Source of the DNA: Takakia lepidozioides
Taxonomy: Eukaryota; Plantae; Bryophyta
Length of the DNA: 64,000 nt
Assembly: GCA_030704615.1 (NCBI GenBank)
Contig: CM060731.1
Coordinates: 48,732,001-48,796,000, forward strand
Direction: 5' to 3'
Within the stretch, counting starts at the first letter, position 1. Each line of letters starts with the position of its first letter. Of the stretch, positions 49,574 through 62,663 are shown in pieces. Below the pieces are notes generated by a model that was not told the origin of the DNA, did no database searches, and was given only the letters and a program-made list of their open reading frames with translations. Position numbers and translations under genes: made by a program.

Positions 49574-50041
49574 GCAGGGATGGCGCTGCCACAACTGTAC
49601 GCCATTCAATGCCGAGCGCCATCTTCTCCATCTCTCTCTCCGCTCTCGCGGCTCTAGCGGATCAACCCGTTTGGAGCTAGGTCGAGCAGGTTCGGAGCAG
49701 CTGGGCTCAACTCCTAAATTTGGTGGGCGTGCTCGGCGGTGAGATCTGCACAAGATGCAGTGCTGTGGTTCAATGGTAGCCGTGTACTCTAGACTTGGAT
49801 GCCATGCCCTGTGCTAGCTAGGGGTGGAGACGGAGGGGGGGGGGAGAGGGAGATGGGGCGTGTTGCTTGTGCCTGAGAGGCGGGTGCGTGTTGGAAATGG
49901 CTGTCGACATTCACCTCCACAGCTCGTCTGGAGGATGTATTTGCAATGAGCGATGCCGTGGGTTCCAGCGCGTTCTGCAGCCCCCTCACTTGCAAGCCTA
50001 GCGGGAGCAGGTTCGCTCTTGTGTTGTGCTTGCCTATCACC

Positions 50042-53000
50042 ATGGCATGGTGCATGCTGTGGCTTCTGCTCATTACGCTCTACGCCCTGGTTTCTGGGCA
50101 GAATCTCGCCCCAGGTAGAGCTCTCTGTTCCCGCAATGTGTATTTACAACTGCATTTCTGTATGGGCTTGATAAGGCAATTGTAGGAGGAGTGAGATAGG
50201 GTGTATATTTCAAAAATAAGGCTCTGGACCGTGACAAGGAAGAAGGGCTGAGCTAAGATGGGGACTATAGAGGTGAGAGAGCCTGCCGTCTCTGCAAGTT
50301 GGCGGTGTCGAAGTGGAAGAAATTCGAAGGAAACCAAGAAAGGAGTTATGTAACAGGGACAGGTTGAGACTCTAGGATGGCAAAGTTATAGATATTGTTA
50401 CAGGACTCAGCAACAGCATTTAGACGGGTAAGAGATTAAGAAGTTGCTGAGACAAGAGCATTTACTGGTCACGGGGGAAGACCTAGCTCATGAAGCAACA
50501 CAGTGCATAAGCAAACCCACATCAGACTGAGAACAATGCAGCCCGGCTAGAGAAATGATTGAGAGATTTTGGGATATTTCGTTTTTCCAGTCCTCGTCGT
50601 TTGTTACAGGACTCAGCAACAGCCATTAGACGGGTTGCCGAGACAATCTGAGCATTAGTGGTCACGGGGGAAGACGTAGCTCCTGAAGTAACACAATGCG
50701 GAAGCAAACAAACATCAGACTGAGAATAATGCAGCCCAGCTAGAGAAACGATCGAGAGATTCTGGGATATTTCGTTCCCCAGCCCTTTTCCTCTAGGAAA
50801 TAATAAACAGCTGTATTGGGATTGCTGATGGGATACCGAAGTTGTGTGTGGTGTACAGATGATTATATTCGCATTGATTGTGGAGGATTCAGCGATTTCA
50901 CAGTGATGAACCAGACATGGGTGTCAGATAGATTCTATTCAGGGGGTGCCCCAGCTGCAGTTTTGGATCCTGAACGCTTTTCCCAACCGCAGGAGCGCAC
51001 TCTGCGCTTTTTCCCAGTCACTCTTGGCAAAAAGAACTGCTATGTTGTGAATGTCCCCAATGGCCGTTACTTCATCCGAATGTTTTTTGTGTATGACAAC
51101 TATGACCGCAAGATGCACTCTCCAAGCTTTGATGTATCTGTTGAAGGGACAGTGGTGTTCAGCTGGCGGAACCCTTGGGATAATGTTATAGCTGGGAGTG
51201 GTGCATACTCTGATCTCTATGCCTTCATCCATGATGATGCGGCCACTGTCTGCTTCTACAGCATTGCCACAGATGCACCTGTTATTGGAGCTCTGGAGCT
51301 GCTCCAAGTAGATCCTCTTTCATATAATTCTAGTAGCACAGGTGAGAGTGTCATTCTGATAAACTATGGGCGTGTCACAGGGGGTCCCAATCCATTTGGG
51401 CCGGGTTACAACCAAGATCAAGACTGGGGTGGGCGCTCATGGGAAGTGGATGACAGCTACAGCTCTTCACCCAAATCGTACTTCTCAACACTCCAGCCTA
51501 TTGTCAACTCATCACTTCCCCCTAACTACTTTCCTACACGCCTCTACCAGACATCTCGTTATTTGCCACAGGGTGGCAACATTCAGTACAACTTCCCCTT
51601 AGATGCCAGTTTGGACTACACTATCTGGTTCCATTTTGCGGAAATTGATCCCAAAGTGAATGGAACAGGGCAGCGCATGTTTGACATTTATGTTAATGGC
51701 CAAATGGTGCGCACACAACTGGACATTTTTCAAGAGGCAGGAGGAAGTTTTGCAGCTTATGATTGGCAATATACTTTAAAAAACCTAACAGGGTCTTCCG
51801 TGCAAATCTCCTTTGTGCCACGAACTGGATCTCCCTCAGTGTGCGGTCTGGAAATCTATGCATTATTGCCAATGGACATTTCAACAAATGCAACTGAAGG
51901 TCAGTCTTATTATTCCTTGATCAATGGCATCTTTAGTCTAGACTAGGATGGTGAAAGGAATTGGGGACTTCTATTTGATTTGAGGGTTTCTTATGTGCAC
52001 CTTTGACCATGACACCTGCAATTTCCTTGTCAAATATGGTGTCAATAGGATGTATTAAAACCCGTAACCATTACTTCTAGATGGAATGCCTCATGCTATG
52101 GAGTGGAAAAAGGGAGATAGAAAGTTAAAAAGATAGAAAGGAGGAAAGGGACTGTGACCTCTGGAGGTCCATAGGGAGGATATGGTGCTACCACTGACAT
52201 AAATGTCCTTCATGGGCAAAAATGCATGCAGCCATGGCTATGCAGGCACTGAAGGGGGCACTTCAGATTCCAGAAAGAATGGGGTGGAATGGGGATCCCT
52301 GTGCACCTACCAGTTGGGACGCTTGGGAAGGAGTAACCTGTAACATGGCAGTTGATAATTCTGCTCTTGTCATCACTCATATGTAAGTTCATACCTCTCC
52401 TACTTCTACTTCTCCTGATTCCTTTTTCCTCCTACCATTCTTGAGTTATATCAAAGTTTCGACCAAAAGTTGTTGTCTGGGAATTCAAGTACCTGATAGG
52501 CATTTTCTTACCTGGAACTTTGACAACAGTCATAATTGATCATGGATGCCAGGCTGCTGCTAAACCTCTGCCCTTAAGCTTGGGAAAAGTGCTCTTCATG
52601 GTAGAGAAATTGGTTCCGGAATTCATGCCCAATTTTACTCTGATATTTGTAGATGTCTCCAAAGTTGCCTCATAGTAACTTGGTTGATGAAGTTATGGGA
52701 AGTGCTGCGCAGAAGTATTGCAGGCCAAGGGCTGAAGGGATCCATCAGCGATAAGATCCCACTGCTCTCCCATCTCATCACACTGTAAGCAGCATACATG
52801 TGCTGGGCTCATTTCCATCCCTGAAGTGTACGTGTTTGTCTGATAGTTTCAGGAGGCAGTTCGTTTTCACTTACCCCGGTCTGTTTGGGCAGCATTCATT
52901 TTCTTTGATCATATGATTCTGCTGTTTTATTTTGAATTGTCCCTGTTTTAGCAGCCTGTGTATTTGGCAATTGGGATGCAGGGTTTCACCTTCAGTTGAG

Positions 53001-54865
53001 TGCTGAAATTTACCGATAGTCTACTGGAGCCAGCTTTAGGATGCATTGTAGGAGGTCTGAGCAGCAGCCTGTTATATTCATGTTCTTGTCACAGCCCACA
53101 AAGTGTTGCAAGTTCTTCTGAGAGAGATTGTAACTAGTCAGGTCCATTTGATGAGCTTTTTGCTGGTCACAATTTCAGATGTGCTTGGCAGATGTATCAG
53201 TGGTTGGACATTAATGGATGGGGCTGGTGTTGGCTCGCAGCAATGTGAGCAACAACATGCTGGAAGGGAGTATCCCTGAAGGCTTGGGGCAGAATAGCCT
53301 TGTAAGTGTGTAAGTATTCATACACTCTCCATGCCTTAGTATCACCAATTTCAGATATCACTAATGCCTGTAGATGCCAAATGTGCCTTTTTAATCCCTT
53401 TGTACAAACATTCTAGTAGTTCCTGTTAGCAGCAGAGTTATATCTCAAGGTCCCTTACAATGCTACCCAAAGCTGTCAGCAGATTGATGCCCAATCCAGT
53501 TTTGTGTAAGACCGGTAAATGCATAATTGTTACAATGGTCTATAGAGAGAACCCTACTCTTCATCAATTTATGAGCACCCTAGGAAGCCAAATGCAGGAG
53601 AAATCAACTGGCCTGGTAAGCAAACCTCCAGCAGCCCCTTTCAAAAATTGTAAGTTGGCAATCTGAGATTAGGGGATCAGATTAAATTCCATATGAGAAG
53701 GCTAGGAAGCTGTTAAGAGCGAAGGAAGGCAGACTAAGTGACCTTCAGGATGCTGGCATATGGAGCTGATTGTCCTTTGCAAGCGTCTTCAGTGTGCAGA
53801 CTCACCTTACCCTGACCTGCAGATGAACCGAAGCTGTAAGCTTACTTCTCCTGTTATGTCCAAGTTTGAAGCTGGTTAAAGAGTCTGAAAGTACATGATT
53901 TTGTGGGCTCATGATTGGTTGGGAACAGGGATCTGTCGGCAAACAGTCTGACAGGCGCCATCCCAGCCAGTCTCGGCTCGGGGCAGCTTCAACAAGTGTA
54001 AGTTTGTCTATCATGTTGGATAATAACATTCTCCTGACTTGCCCTGAAGGCAGGAGACCTGTGCTTTTAGCACTCTTGTCTAAAAGTGTCTTCCTTGTTG
54101 GTTCACGATGTTCTTGGGTGGAGGTACTTGCAAGTGAATATCTTTGGGAGGTGGATTGGGAGATGTTGGTTTAGTGCAAATAAGCCTGTTAACAAGGGTT
54201 TTTGGGATGAGCAACAGGCTCTTGGGAAACAACCAACTGACAGGTAAAGTTCCAGAGGCAGTCTACTCGATTGGGGTGCATGGTGGCTTCATCAATTTGT
54301 CATCGAATGTGGGGCTGTGTGGGGTGCCATCATTGCCACCATGCCCATATTTTTGGAAGAGAGGTGGTCTGTCCACTGGCGGTAAAATAGGTGTAGTGGT
54401 TGGGACATTGATTATGGCCATCCTGGTGCTAGGCCTGGTGTATCTCTATATTCAATGTCGTGGACGCCATGAGGACTACAACTTCAACCTACCTCACCAG
54501 CTTGCAAGTAAGTGCCATAATTGGAATCACCTTTTCACATGTGTCGGATCTAGGGAAGCAAGAGTTTGGCACTGTTGCGTCTGTCCAAGCTCCATTGATG
54601 CTGAATTCTGATGGGAGCTGCAAAGGGAGTTTCTGTAGGAGCCCTGCCAGGAATGATAATCGTATCTGGTGACAGAGTGACAAATCCCATGGTAGAAGCA
54701 TTGAAGAAATTGCTGATGAGAAGTCTATGGTTGTTCTGGGTGTGGACAGCAAGAACAAAGTGGTACCAAAATCAGATGAGCGCTCGGGAAGCGGAAGATG
54801 TGTCTATGATGCGCAGTAATTCATCTACAAAGTTTGGTTTTGCAAGTAACATGACTCCTCTATGA
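50042..54865 (+). CDS. Malectin-like/LRR receptor-like protein (RLP4/RLP4-like clade). Exons 50042-50114, 50859-51899, 52232-52382, 52713-52784, 53241-53309, 53929-53997, 54218-54507, 54750-54865
   Basis: Signal peptide; malectin-like domain (IRIDCG, TLRFFP, GKKNCY, WFHFAEID, RMFDIYVNG); LRR cap WNGDPCAP..W.GVTC; 69-72-bp LRR exons; TM helix GGKIGVVVGTLIMAILVLGLVYLYI; short cytoplasmic tail and no kinase. Confidence 0.92.
50395..50785. repeat. ~200-bp diverged tandem duplication in intron 1 of the RLP gene
   Basis: TTGTTACAGGACTCAGCAACAGC...TGGTCACGGGGGAAGAC...ACATCAGACTGAGAA..ATGCAGCCC...GGGATATTTCGT at 50395 and 50601. Confidence 0.85.
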
Positions 54866-57634
54866 TTTTCCTGCGTTTCTATCCCCTTATGTTACTTGCC
54901 ATCATCAACTTTGTGCTTGTGTGGAAGCCCACATATGGATTCCAGGTGTTCACCTTGTCATCAGAACTAAAATCAATATGGATATATTCGGATTTAGGGT
55001 ACTGAGCTCTAGAGGGTGGCAAAAGGCTTTAAACGGACTGATGGCAAATCCATACAATGTGGATGAAAACCAGTTTGATTGCGGCGAGGATTGGATTTTT
55101 GAGATGAGGCAATCAGCAAGAATCCCACAAAGGAGGGTTGGTTTTGAAAAATGAGACAAGCTTTCAGGATGACTGGAAGGTTGTAAGGTTTTCAACTTCT
55201 GTATGTGTCAAAGAACAACAACACTATGAAATGGAGATGAATCAGAGTGGGATTAATCTAGATAATGTTCAGTAGGAGCTTTTCAAGGATGTCTCCCAAA
55301 CACGTCTGGTAGAATCTCGTCCAAGACATTGACTTGAACTTCATACAGACTTCGTTGTGATGTGGATACTTGGTTGGGCTTCCTTGGCACCTATACTGCA
55401 GTCCATCAAAGGCAACTGCCTGAATGCAAGTTGCCCTGGCAATCTTTGAGCCTGGATTAAAGGATACAGGCTCGAGTGTCTAGCGAGCTGGAATGTCAGT
55501 AGCTAAGCTCATAAATGTTGGGAGTCATGACATCTGGACGCACAACTCTTTTCTTGTGAGTAGACGACCCATTAGTGGTTGTCGGAGGGACGCTTCGGAG
55601 CAGAATATGGTGTGTTATTTCAGAAGCTCAGATTGCAGTCCACAATCTGACTAGCAACACAAATCTATGGGTACCTATACAAACTTTATTAGTTTCTCGT
55701 ATGCTCTAGACATCCTCTTCCACCTGGGAGTAGTTACTGCAGTTGCATGATCTTCCTGAAGACGAAAGACTAAGTGATCTCTTAAAACAATAATCTAGGT
55801 GGATCAGCTCGTATCCATGACAGATTGGTCATTCATATGGTATCCATTCATTCCAAGCCACTATCAGCCAACTGCGCCAAGCCTAGTCAGCCATTTGTGG
55901 TGGATTAGATTCCTTGTCGTCCGATGGCCAATGTGGGGATGTAAGGAGCCCTACACATTTACTGGCAGTGCTGGGCATTCCAAATCGATATGTTCGATCC
56001 AAGTGAATACTGAAATGACACTGATCACTTGAACGTCATTTGAACCCACACAGAAAGCAACCACAAGTTTCTCTCCAAGCATGATTCGAACTCACTCTTC
56101 ACTAGCAAAAGTTCCATGAAGAGGGGCTAAAAGTACATGAGCAGCCGTGAGGACAGCGGCTGCGAATTGGCGCCCTTCGGTCTCGCCACAGTCATCGCCG
56201 CTCGCTGCGCATCTTGAACCTCTCCCTCGTGCGGATGCGGCGCTGCCATTTACAGCCGCCATGGGAGCCATGACCTCTTTCTCATCACAATCTTTCTCCG
56301 GACATCTCACTTTCAATGATAGTACCTAGTTGCGAAGTTCAATCTGGGGGAATAAAATAGAGTTGAACTAATGACTGTCCTTGAAGGCCATTTTTCTTGG
56401 ATGCTAGTTCCTCTCAGTAGGCGGAGTAGGTTAGGAGGAGGTGCAATCTCACCGTAGTTGTTGAACGGTGATCTTTCAATGCTAGAAGGTGCAAGTGGGT
56501 GTCACATGGGGAGTCCCCTACTTCTCCAACTTCACTTGCTCTTTGCAATGTTGCTGCTGAAGCAAGGCCTCTAAGTAGTCTCCACAAACCTGTCTGTCTT
56601 TGAGGTGTGAACTGTGAACTGTGAACCGACGAGGATTTTGTCGCCCAATTCTTTTCTTAGATGGCGCTCCTTATAAGCTAGGAGCTCCTTCTATACTGGA
56701 GAAGTAGGGGGAGGTGCCGCCTTACTATATTCTTCTTCATAAAGCGTTACCGTTATAGTGAGGGAGCTGCCGCCATAAAGAACTCTGACACCAGGCTTTC
56801 TGCGACGTGCCTTTTTCGTGCATAACGGCGCACGTAGAAAATATTGAATCAGAACTGAAGATCCATCCACATTTGAGAGAAAGGGATGGAATTCTCTTTG
56901 GGGAATAGACTCGTGACATAACTACCACCGACTTGGATGTAGTATACTGAAACGATCCGCTGACATCAAGCCCACAATTTTGGTGAGTTACTTAAGACTC
57001 CACCAGATCCGCTAATCAATGTCACAGTTTGGAGTAACCTCCTCCTCCCGCGGTTCACGGACTGTAGTTATAAACAGTCCGATCGTTTCTCTTGATCGTG
57101 TCTTGATCGTGTCTTGACGTGGTTTCCCAACAGTCTGCTATTTGAGATAAGTTAGTCAGTTACCCTCTCTGTTTCTCTCTCTTCCGTCGCAACAAGCCTG
57201 ATCTGTACAGTCGGACGATCTTGTGCACATGTCGATTTCCTGGATTGGTGAAGAATCTCAAGTGATCATTCTCGGTATCATTGTTTGTAGGGGTTGTACA
57301 GACAATACATCCTGCTGCAGGGCAGAATCAGGGGTGACAGGCTTTGTCAATATAGCTGGTGCTGAGATTTCTGTTTCACAATCGGCTCCAGTTAGCTTTG
57401 GTCCCAGCACGAGAATTCTTCCTCTACTGCAGTAATGGGCACTCAGTTCCGTTGTGGAAGAGAACCATAATCTTCGTGGTCGCTAGACTCGTACAAACGT
57501 CATAGATCTTCGCATTTCTAAGTAGCACGTAATGTGAGACAAGTACCCATTGGAAGCTGGAGCAACAGATCATAGGGGCGAAGATCTATCTAAAGATATA
57601 TCCCCGATAAGTTCAGAGTTTCTGCAACATCACT

Positions 57635-59906
57635 ATGTCAATGCATTTTTCAAACTGCAGATTACAAATTTTCTATTCATCGCAAGACGTGACATTATGG
57701 AGTCTGGTGGTCCTGCTGATCGTTGGTACACAATGGAGCACTGCCGCAGCTCAGAGAGAATCAAGCTACGGCTACTTGGGAACAGAATGGAGTTTTGAAG
57801 AGGTGCAACAAGAAGGAAGCTACGGCTATTTGGGGACAGCGGTGCAAAAAGGAGCAATCTCCAGCTTTGTGCAGACGCGCGGACGCCAGTTTTTCTTGGA
57901 TGGGAAGCCTTTGTACGTGAATGGTGCCAATTTTTACTGGTTGATGTACTTTGCAGCAGACCCTGCGTCACGGCATGCGGTGACAGAGGTGCTGCAACAA
58001 TCAGCCAATCTAGGACTCACAGTGGGGCGAACCTGGGCTTTCAATGATGGCTCCTACCGCGCCCTCCAGAAATCACCTGGTGTTTACGACGAAAATGTGT
58101 TTCAGGTGGGTTCTTGGCCACAGCTAGCTGGGGATGCATCCAGCTTGTGACTATCTAAATTGATGGAGTACTGTGACATCCAGCAATTAGCAGTTCAAGT
58201 ACGTAGGGTCCTCACCATTTGCTGTATGTTAGGCCCACTGTACTCCGCGATCTAAGACAGGATAGCCTAGAACACCCAGGCTGCACATTGCTTTCTGGCG
58301 ACACACATGGTGAAATGGAAGGGATGGGTGCAGGCACTCGACTTTGTGGTAGCTGAAGCCAAGAGACAGGGAATACGATTGATTCTCACCTTCACCAATA
58401 ATTATTCTAACTTCGGTGGAAAGGCACAGTATGTGCAATGGGCGAGTCAGTATGCTGGTATCCATCTGAATTCTGAGGATGCCTTCTACACCGACCCTAC
58501 CATTCGTGGGTGGTACAAAAATTATATTAAGGTATTCTCATCTCACAAATCTGCCTGACATTTCGCTAGTATCAGTTTCCTCGAGCAGTGATGGGAAAAA
58601 TGTTGTGCTTGAACTGACTGCTAGTGGGACGTTTTGGTATCGGTGTTTTGGGATGTTGCAGACAGTGCTGACGAGGGTAAATACAGTGACTGGGGTGGCA
58701 TATCGGGATGAGCCTGCCATATTCGCGTGGGAGTTGATGAATGAGGCACGCTGCATTTCAGATCCCTCAGGAAACACCCTCCAGGTATTTCTTGAGCGCC
58801 TGTTGTACCGGACATGGGCAAAAGTTTTAAACTGCTGGGCCTCCTACATTTGAGAGTGCCCACTGGACATGGTGGAAGGTAGAGTGAGTTCCATGACTGA
58901 CGAAGCGAGAGAGAGAAGCTAGCTAAGAGGTCAATTTTTCGCAGGTATGGATAGAGGAGATGGCGGCGTATGTGAAGAGCTGGGACTCCAATCATTTGTT
59001 GGAGGTGGGACTCGAGGGCTTCTATGGTTCCGGAAGCCAGCAATCGTCATACAGGGAAAATATGAATCCGCAGAGCTCTGCATCACAATTAGGCACTGAC
59101 TTCATTCACAACAATCAAGTGGCCGGCATTGATTTTGTAACTGTCCACTCTTATGCTGACATCTGGTATGTACAGGCTCCCTGCCTTGATCTGCTGTAGC
59201 TGAAATCTCATTGTTTGACATGCCATTCGTACCACGAAATTTTATGAACGGTTACCTGGTCTTGTTAAGCACTTACTGGGGACTCGTGAATAGTGAGGAA
59301 CTGTGACATGCATCCCGCACACCATGTGATATCGATTAATATTCTGAACTCGAGAAAGAATTCAATCTCCACAGGCTAGATTGCAGTTCATCTTACTCCT
59401 CAGCACCAAATGCTCTTCAAGCTATCAGGAAGAGACAGTGAACTGGCATGTATAATATATATGTATGCATGATTCTCAACAACACAGTATCAATTGGTTT
59501 ACATCTCGAATGATACCAATCTCTAATACATGTATAAGCTGGTGTGTGTTTGCTGGGGTGCAGGGTCTCTCAGTTGACTTCTGATGGACAGGTATCTTTC
59601 CTGCAGAATTGGGTGGATTGCCACATTCAAGATGCTGAATTCATGAACAAGCCAGTTCTCTTTGCTGAGTTCGGAAAATCCAGTCGCACCCCTGGTTTCT
59701 GGGAGGGTGAGAGAGACCAGGTGATGGGAGTCATGTATGACAAGGTCTTTGCCTCGGCCAGAACCGGCGGTGCTGGTGCCGGTGCGCTAGTGTGGCAGGT
59801 GCTAACTGATCCCAGCCTTGGGGATGGTTACGAAATCATTCTATCCCAAGATTCCTCAACTTCCTCCCTCATGCAGTCACAGTCAAATCGCCTGTCTCAG
59901 CTTTAG
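57635..59906 (+). CDS. MAN: Mannan endo-1,4-beta-mannosidase (GH5_7). Exons 57635-58105, 58334-58531, 58662-58784, 58945-59165, 59564-59906
   Basis: [46 protein letters not shown] (acid/base), [15 protein letters not shown] and AEFG (nucleophile) motifs; hydrophobic signal region. Confidence 0.95.
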
Positions 59907-60630
59907 ATAAAAGCTGCGACCGTAGCTAAAGAACAGATCAGATTGACGCTCGGGGTTTCCCCAAGAGCACTATTTAAGAGGGTTAATACACAGCAGGCAG
60001 GACACAAATTTTATATTCCAACTTCGCCAGCTAGAAACGGACGAATGTTGCATACGATGTGGAGGGATCACAAATTCCCGAATGCTCACAGCTTGGATCC
60101 AGACGCTGACCAGGCCTGGCCTGCTTTGTAAATTTACTTAAAGTTCTCATAGTCTGAACATGGTCATATAATATCGAGTTTTGCATGCTGTCTATGATGA
60201 TTTGGGGAACAAGAAACCTTGCCAGAACTGTCTACTTACGGAACCTGGTCTCTACAGCACAAATAATTCTCTCTCTCTCTCTCTCTCATATATGTATATA
60301 TCAGTGTTCCTCGCCGCTTTCTCAGTAGGCGGCTTTCCAACTTACATCTCATACTTCATGTTCAGGATCCAAATTTTGAAACTGGATGAGCTGTGGGTAG
60401 CTCCAAAAGAGAGAGGAAGGTGTGTCTTCGTCTTCTGAGCATAGTCGCAAAACGTGCAGACGTACAATATACGACTGTTGAAATATGGATTGAACTTTGA
60501 AGGAGGAATAGCGACAGTGTTTCTGAACCGAGCAGAAGACATTCCTTAGCACTGTCCTGGGTGCACATCTGACTCTTTCACACATGTTGCTGTGGCAGTC
60601 ACTATCCCTGACCTCAGCGGGACCATACTT

Positions 60631-60822
60631 ATATCATTCCATGCAGCGTCTGAGTCAGATCCAGAAGTGGAAGCTCACAGACACAAATCGGGCGAAATCC
60701 CAGTGCATTAATATCCCCCACTGTTCATATCATTCCATGCAGCGTCTGAGTCAGATCCAGAAGTGGAAGCTTACAGACACAAATCGGGCGAAATCCCAGT
60801 GCATTAATATCCCCCACTGTTC
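60631..60822. repeat. 96-bp near-perfect tandem duplication
   Basis: ATATCATTCCATGCAGCGTCTGAGTCAGATCCAGAAGTGGAAGCT.ACAGACAC...CCCCCACTGTTC at 60631 and 60727. Confidence 0.9.
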
Positions 60823-62243
60823 ACAGAACACGACGCTTCGCGTTTGGTTCTCGAAGCCATCGGGCCCCACCCACGTCGTCACGCTCTACGCCCTCTCTCT
60901 TCCGGACTGGCTTTCAGCTCGTCACTCCCGCCCCACTCAACTCACCTCTCATACTCATCATTCTGCCTCTATTTCTGACTTGCGGGCAACAGCGCAGAAT
61001 TCTCCTGACGATGCCGTTCTCTACTTCGTTTGCCATGGATGCGAATCTAGAAATGTGGCCCAAATATGAAGGCATGTGGGTTTCAGTGTAAAGGTGTGTG
61101 GTTGTAAAGTTTGAAACCAGTCCTGCACGAGACCGTTGTCAAAGGCCAAACTTGCTTTGAAAACAGCGCAGAATTCCCCCGACCCTACGACTTCGTTTGC
61201 CATGGATGCAAATCTGGGTGTTTGATTGTAAAAATGAAACTGGTCCTGCACGTCTGAGTGGGATGTTCGATTCTTAAAGGCCTAACTTTCGTATCCATGG
61301 TTCAAAAACCAGGGCATACCGACAGCTGCAGCTAGGTTCAAACTTAGGCCAAAACTCGAAGTGGGTCTCACAAGCAAAGTGTTGTGTACATGTTGAGATC
61401 ACGTTTTGCAAGTTATCCAGAAGTCTTGGTTTCCATGCCCAGAGATGATTTCGAGTTCCTGGTGGTACCAGCCTTTGCATCCATGCGCATCTGTGTTGAG
61501 GTTCGGCATACATAGATCCGTACCACCATTCTTCTAATCTTGTGTTTTGAACTACTGAAGTCAATCGTCTCTTCTATCCTTCTACATGCTGAAACCTCTA
61601 ACGAAAATGAAAAAGGCTTCCTCCAGTGGCCATACATTGAACATACGAACTAATTTCCATTCAGCATACTCACAATGTCTGATTCATGCGGCAGACCCTC
61701 ATGAGAGCACCTTGAAGATCAAGGTCCAACAAGTGGCGGTTTCCTACGAGATCTCTTCTACAGTAAGTCAAATACGAATGTATGACATACGAATGACAAT
61801 GACACGCCTGCAGAGGCTTAAGCACTCAGCGATTATATCAGGTGTGATGCTGGAAACTCGGCCGCCATTTTCCTATGAATCTGTAGGTAGCGTCTCACGG
61901 GCAGCCTGAGGTGAGCTGTGCACTGTGCACCACCGATCCATCAGATTTGGCCAGGCCTGCCAAGGCGTATTTGTCATACTAACTGATCCAAAACCCCGTT
62001 GGTTGGAAGCGCGTGTTTGTCATCAGTGTTAAATTTGGAGAAGCATCTGAAGACCAACACAGGCTACTGTATGCGTTCCAGATCGAGGCGTTCAAGTCCA
62101 CTACCACTCCTTCAGCATATTCCGTGGTATGCAAGTGCTATCTCTAATCCTAGCTGCCATTTCTCCAGTTCATTTTCAAGCTGGTCTTGGGCAGATCTTG
62201 TTGGAGCCACAGTAAGTTGGGTGTCCGTGTGCGAGGTTACTCG

Positions 62244-62663
62244 TTAGTCCGATCTGTCAACTTCGCGGCAGGGAGCTTTTGCATGAATCACGATGCCACC
62301 ACCCATCACATTCCCACTCATGTCACCAGCACCATCAATTGCGTGTAACCATGCAACGTAGCGGTCCCTTAACCAACGCAGCCTGCTCTTCATACTCACT
62401 TGCTTTGACTTGGGCTTCGATTGCCCCGACACCCTTCCCTCTCCACCCTGCGCTATTTCTACATTCCCAAGACTTTGATCGGCATCGTTCGTGGCAGGTG
62501 GCTCGTAGGGAGCGCTTTCCAGTATGTCAGAGAGATTCGCGTTGCATCTATGCCGCGTCCTGCGTTCTCGAGATGCATTCCTTTTTTCGACATTTCCCGC
62601 CATCACATCAACACTATTCGACTTCTCATCTTCTCTATCATAAACTCTGGTTGGTGCATTCAT
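62244..62663 (-). CDS. Uncharacterised intronless small protein (~139 aa) with SRLRWLRDRYVAWL motif, probable paralogue of 42083-42556
   Basis: ATG at 62663. Same layout as the 42-kb ORF: disordered N-terminus, Lys-rich patch, LxxLRDxYV helix, then G.VMG. Confidence 0.55.
   Translation of the reverse strand: MNAPTRVYDREDEKSNSVDVMAGNVEKRNASRERRTRHRCNANLSDILESAPYEPPATNDADQSLGNVEIAQGGEGRVSGQSKPKSKQVSMKSRLRWLRDRYVAWLHAIDGAGDMSGNVMGGGIVIHAKAPCREVDRSD

Noticed and set aside
60584-61069. 161-aa repeat protein
   Set aside because: The ORF length is explained by the 96-bp duplication; no recognisable domain or gene structure.
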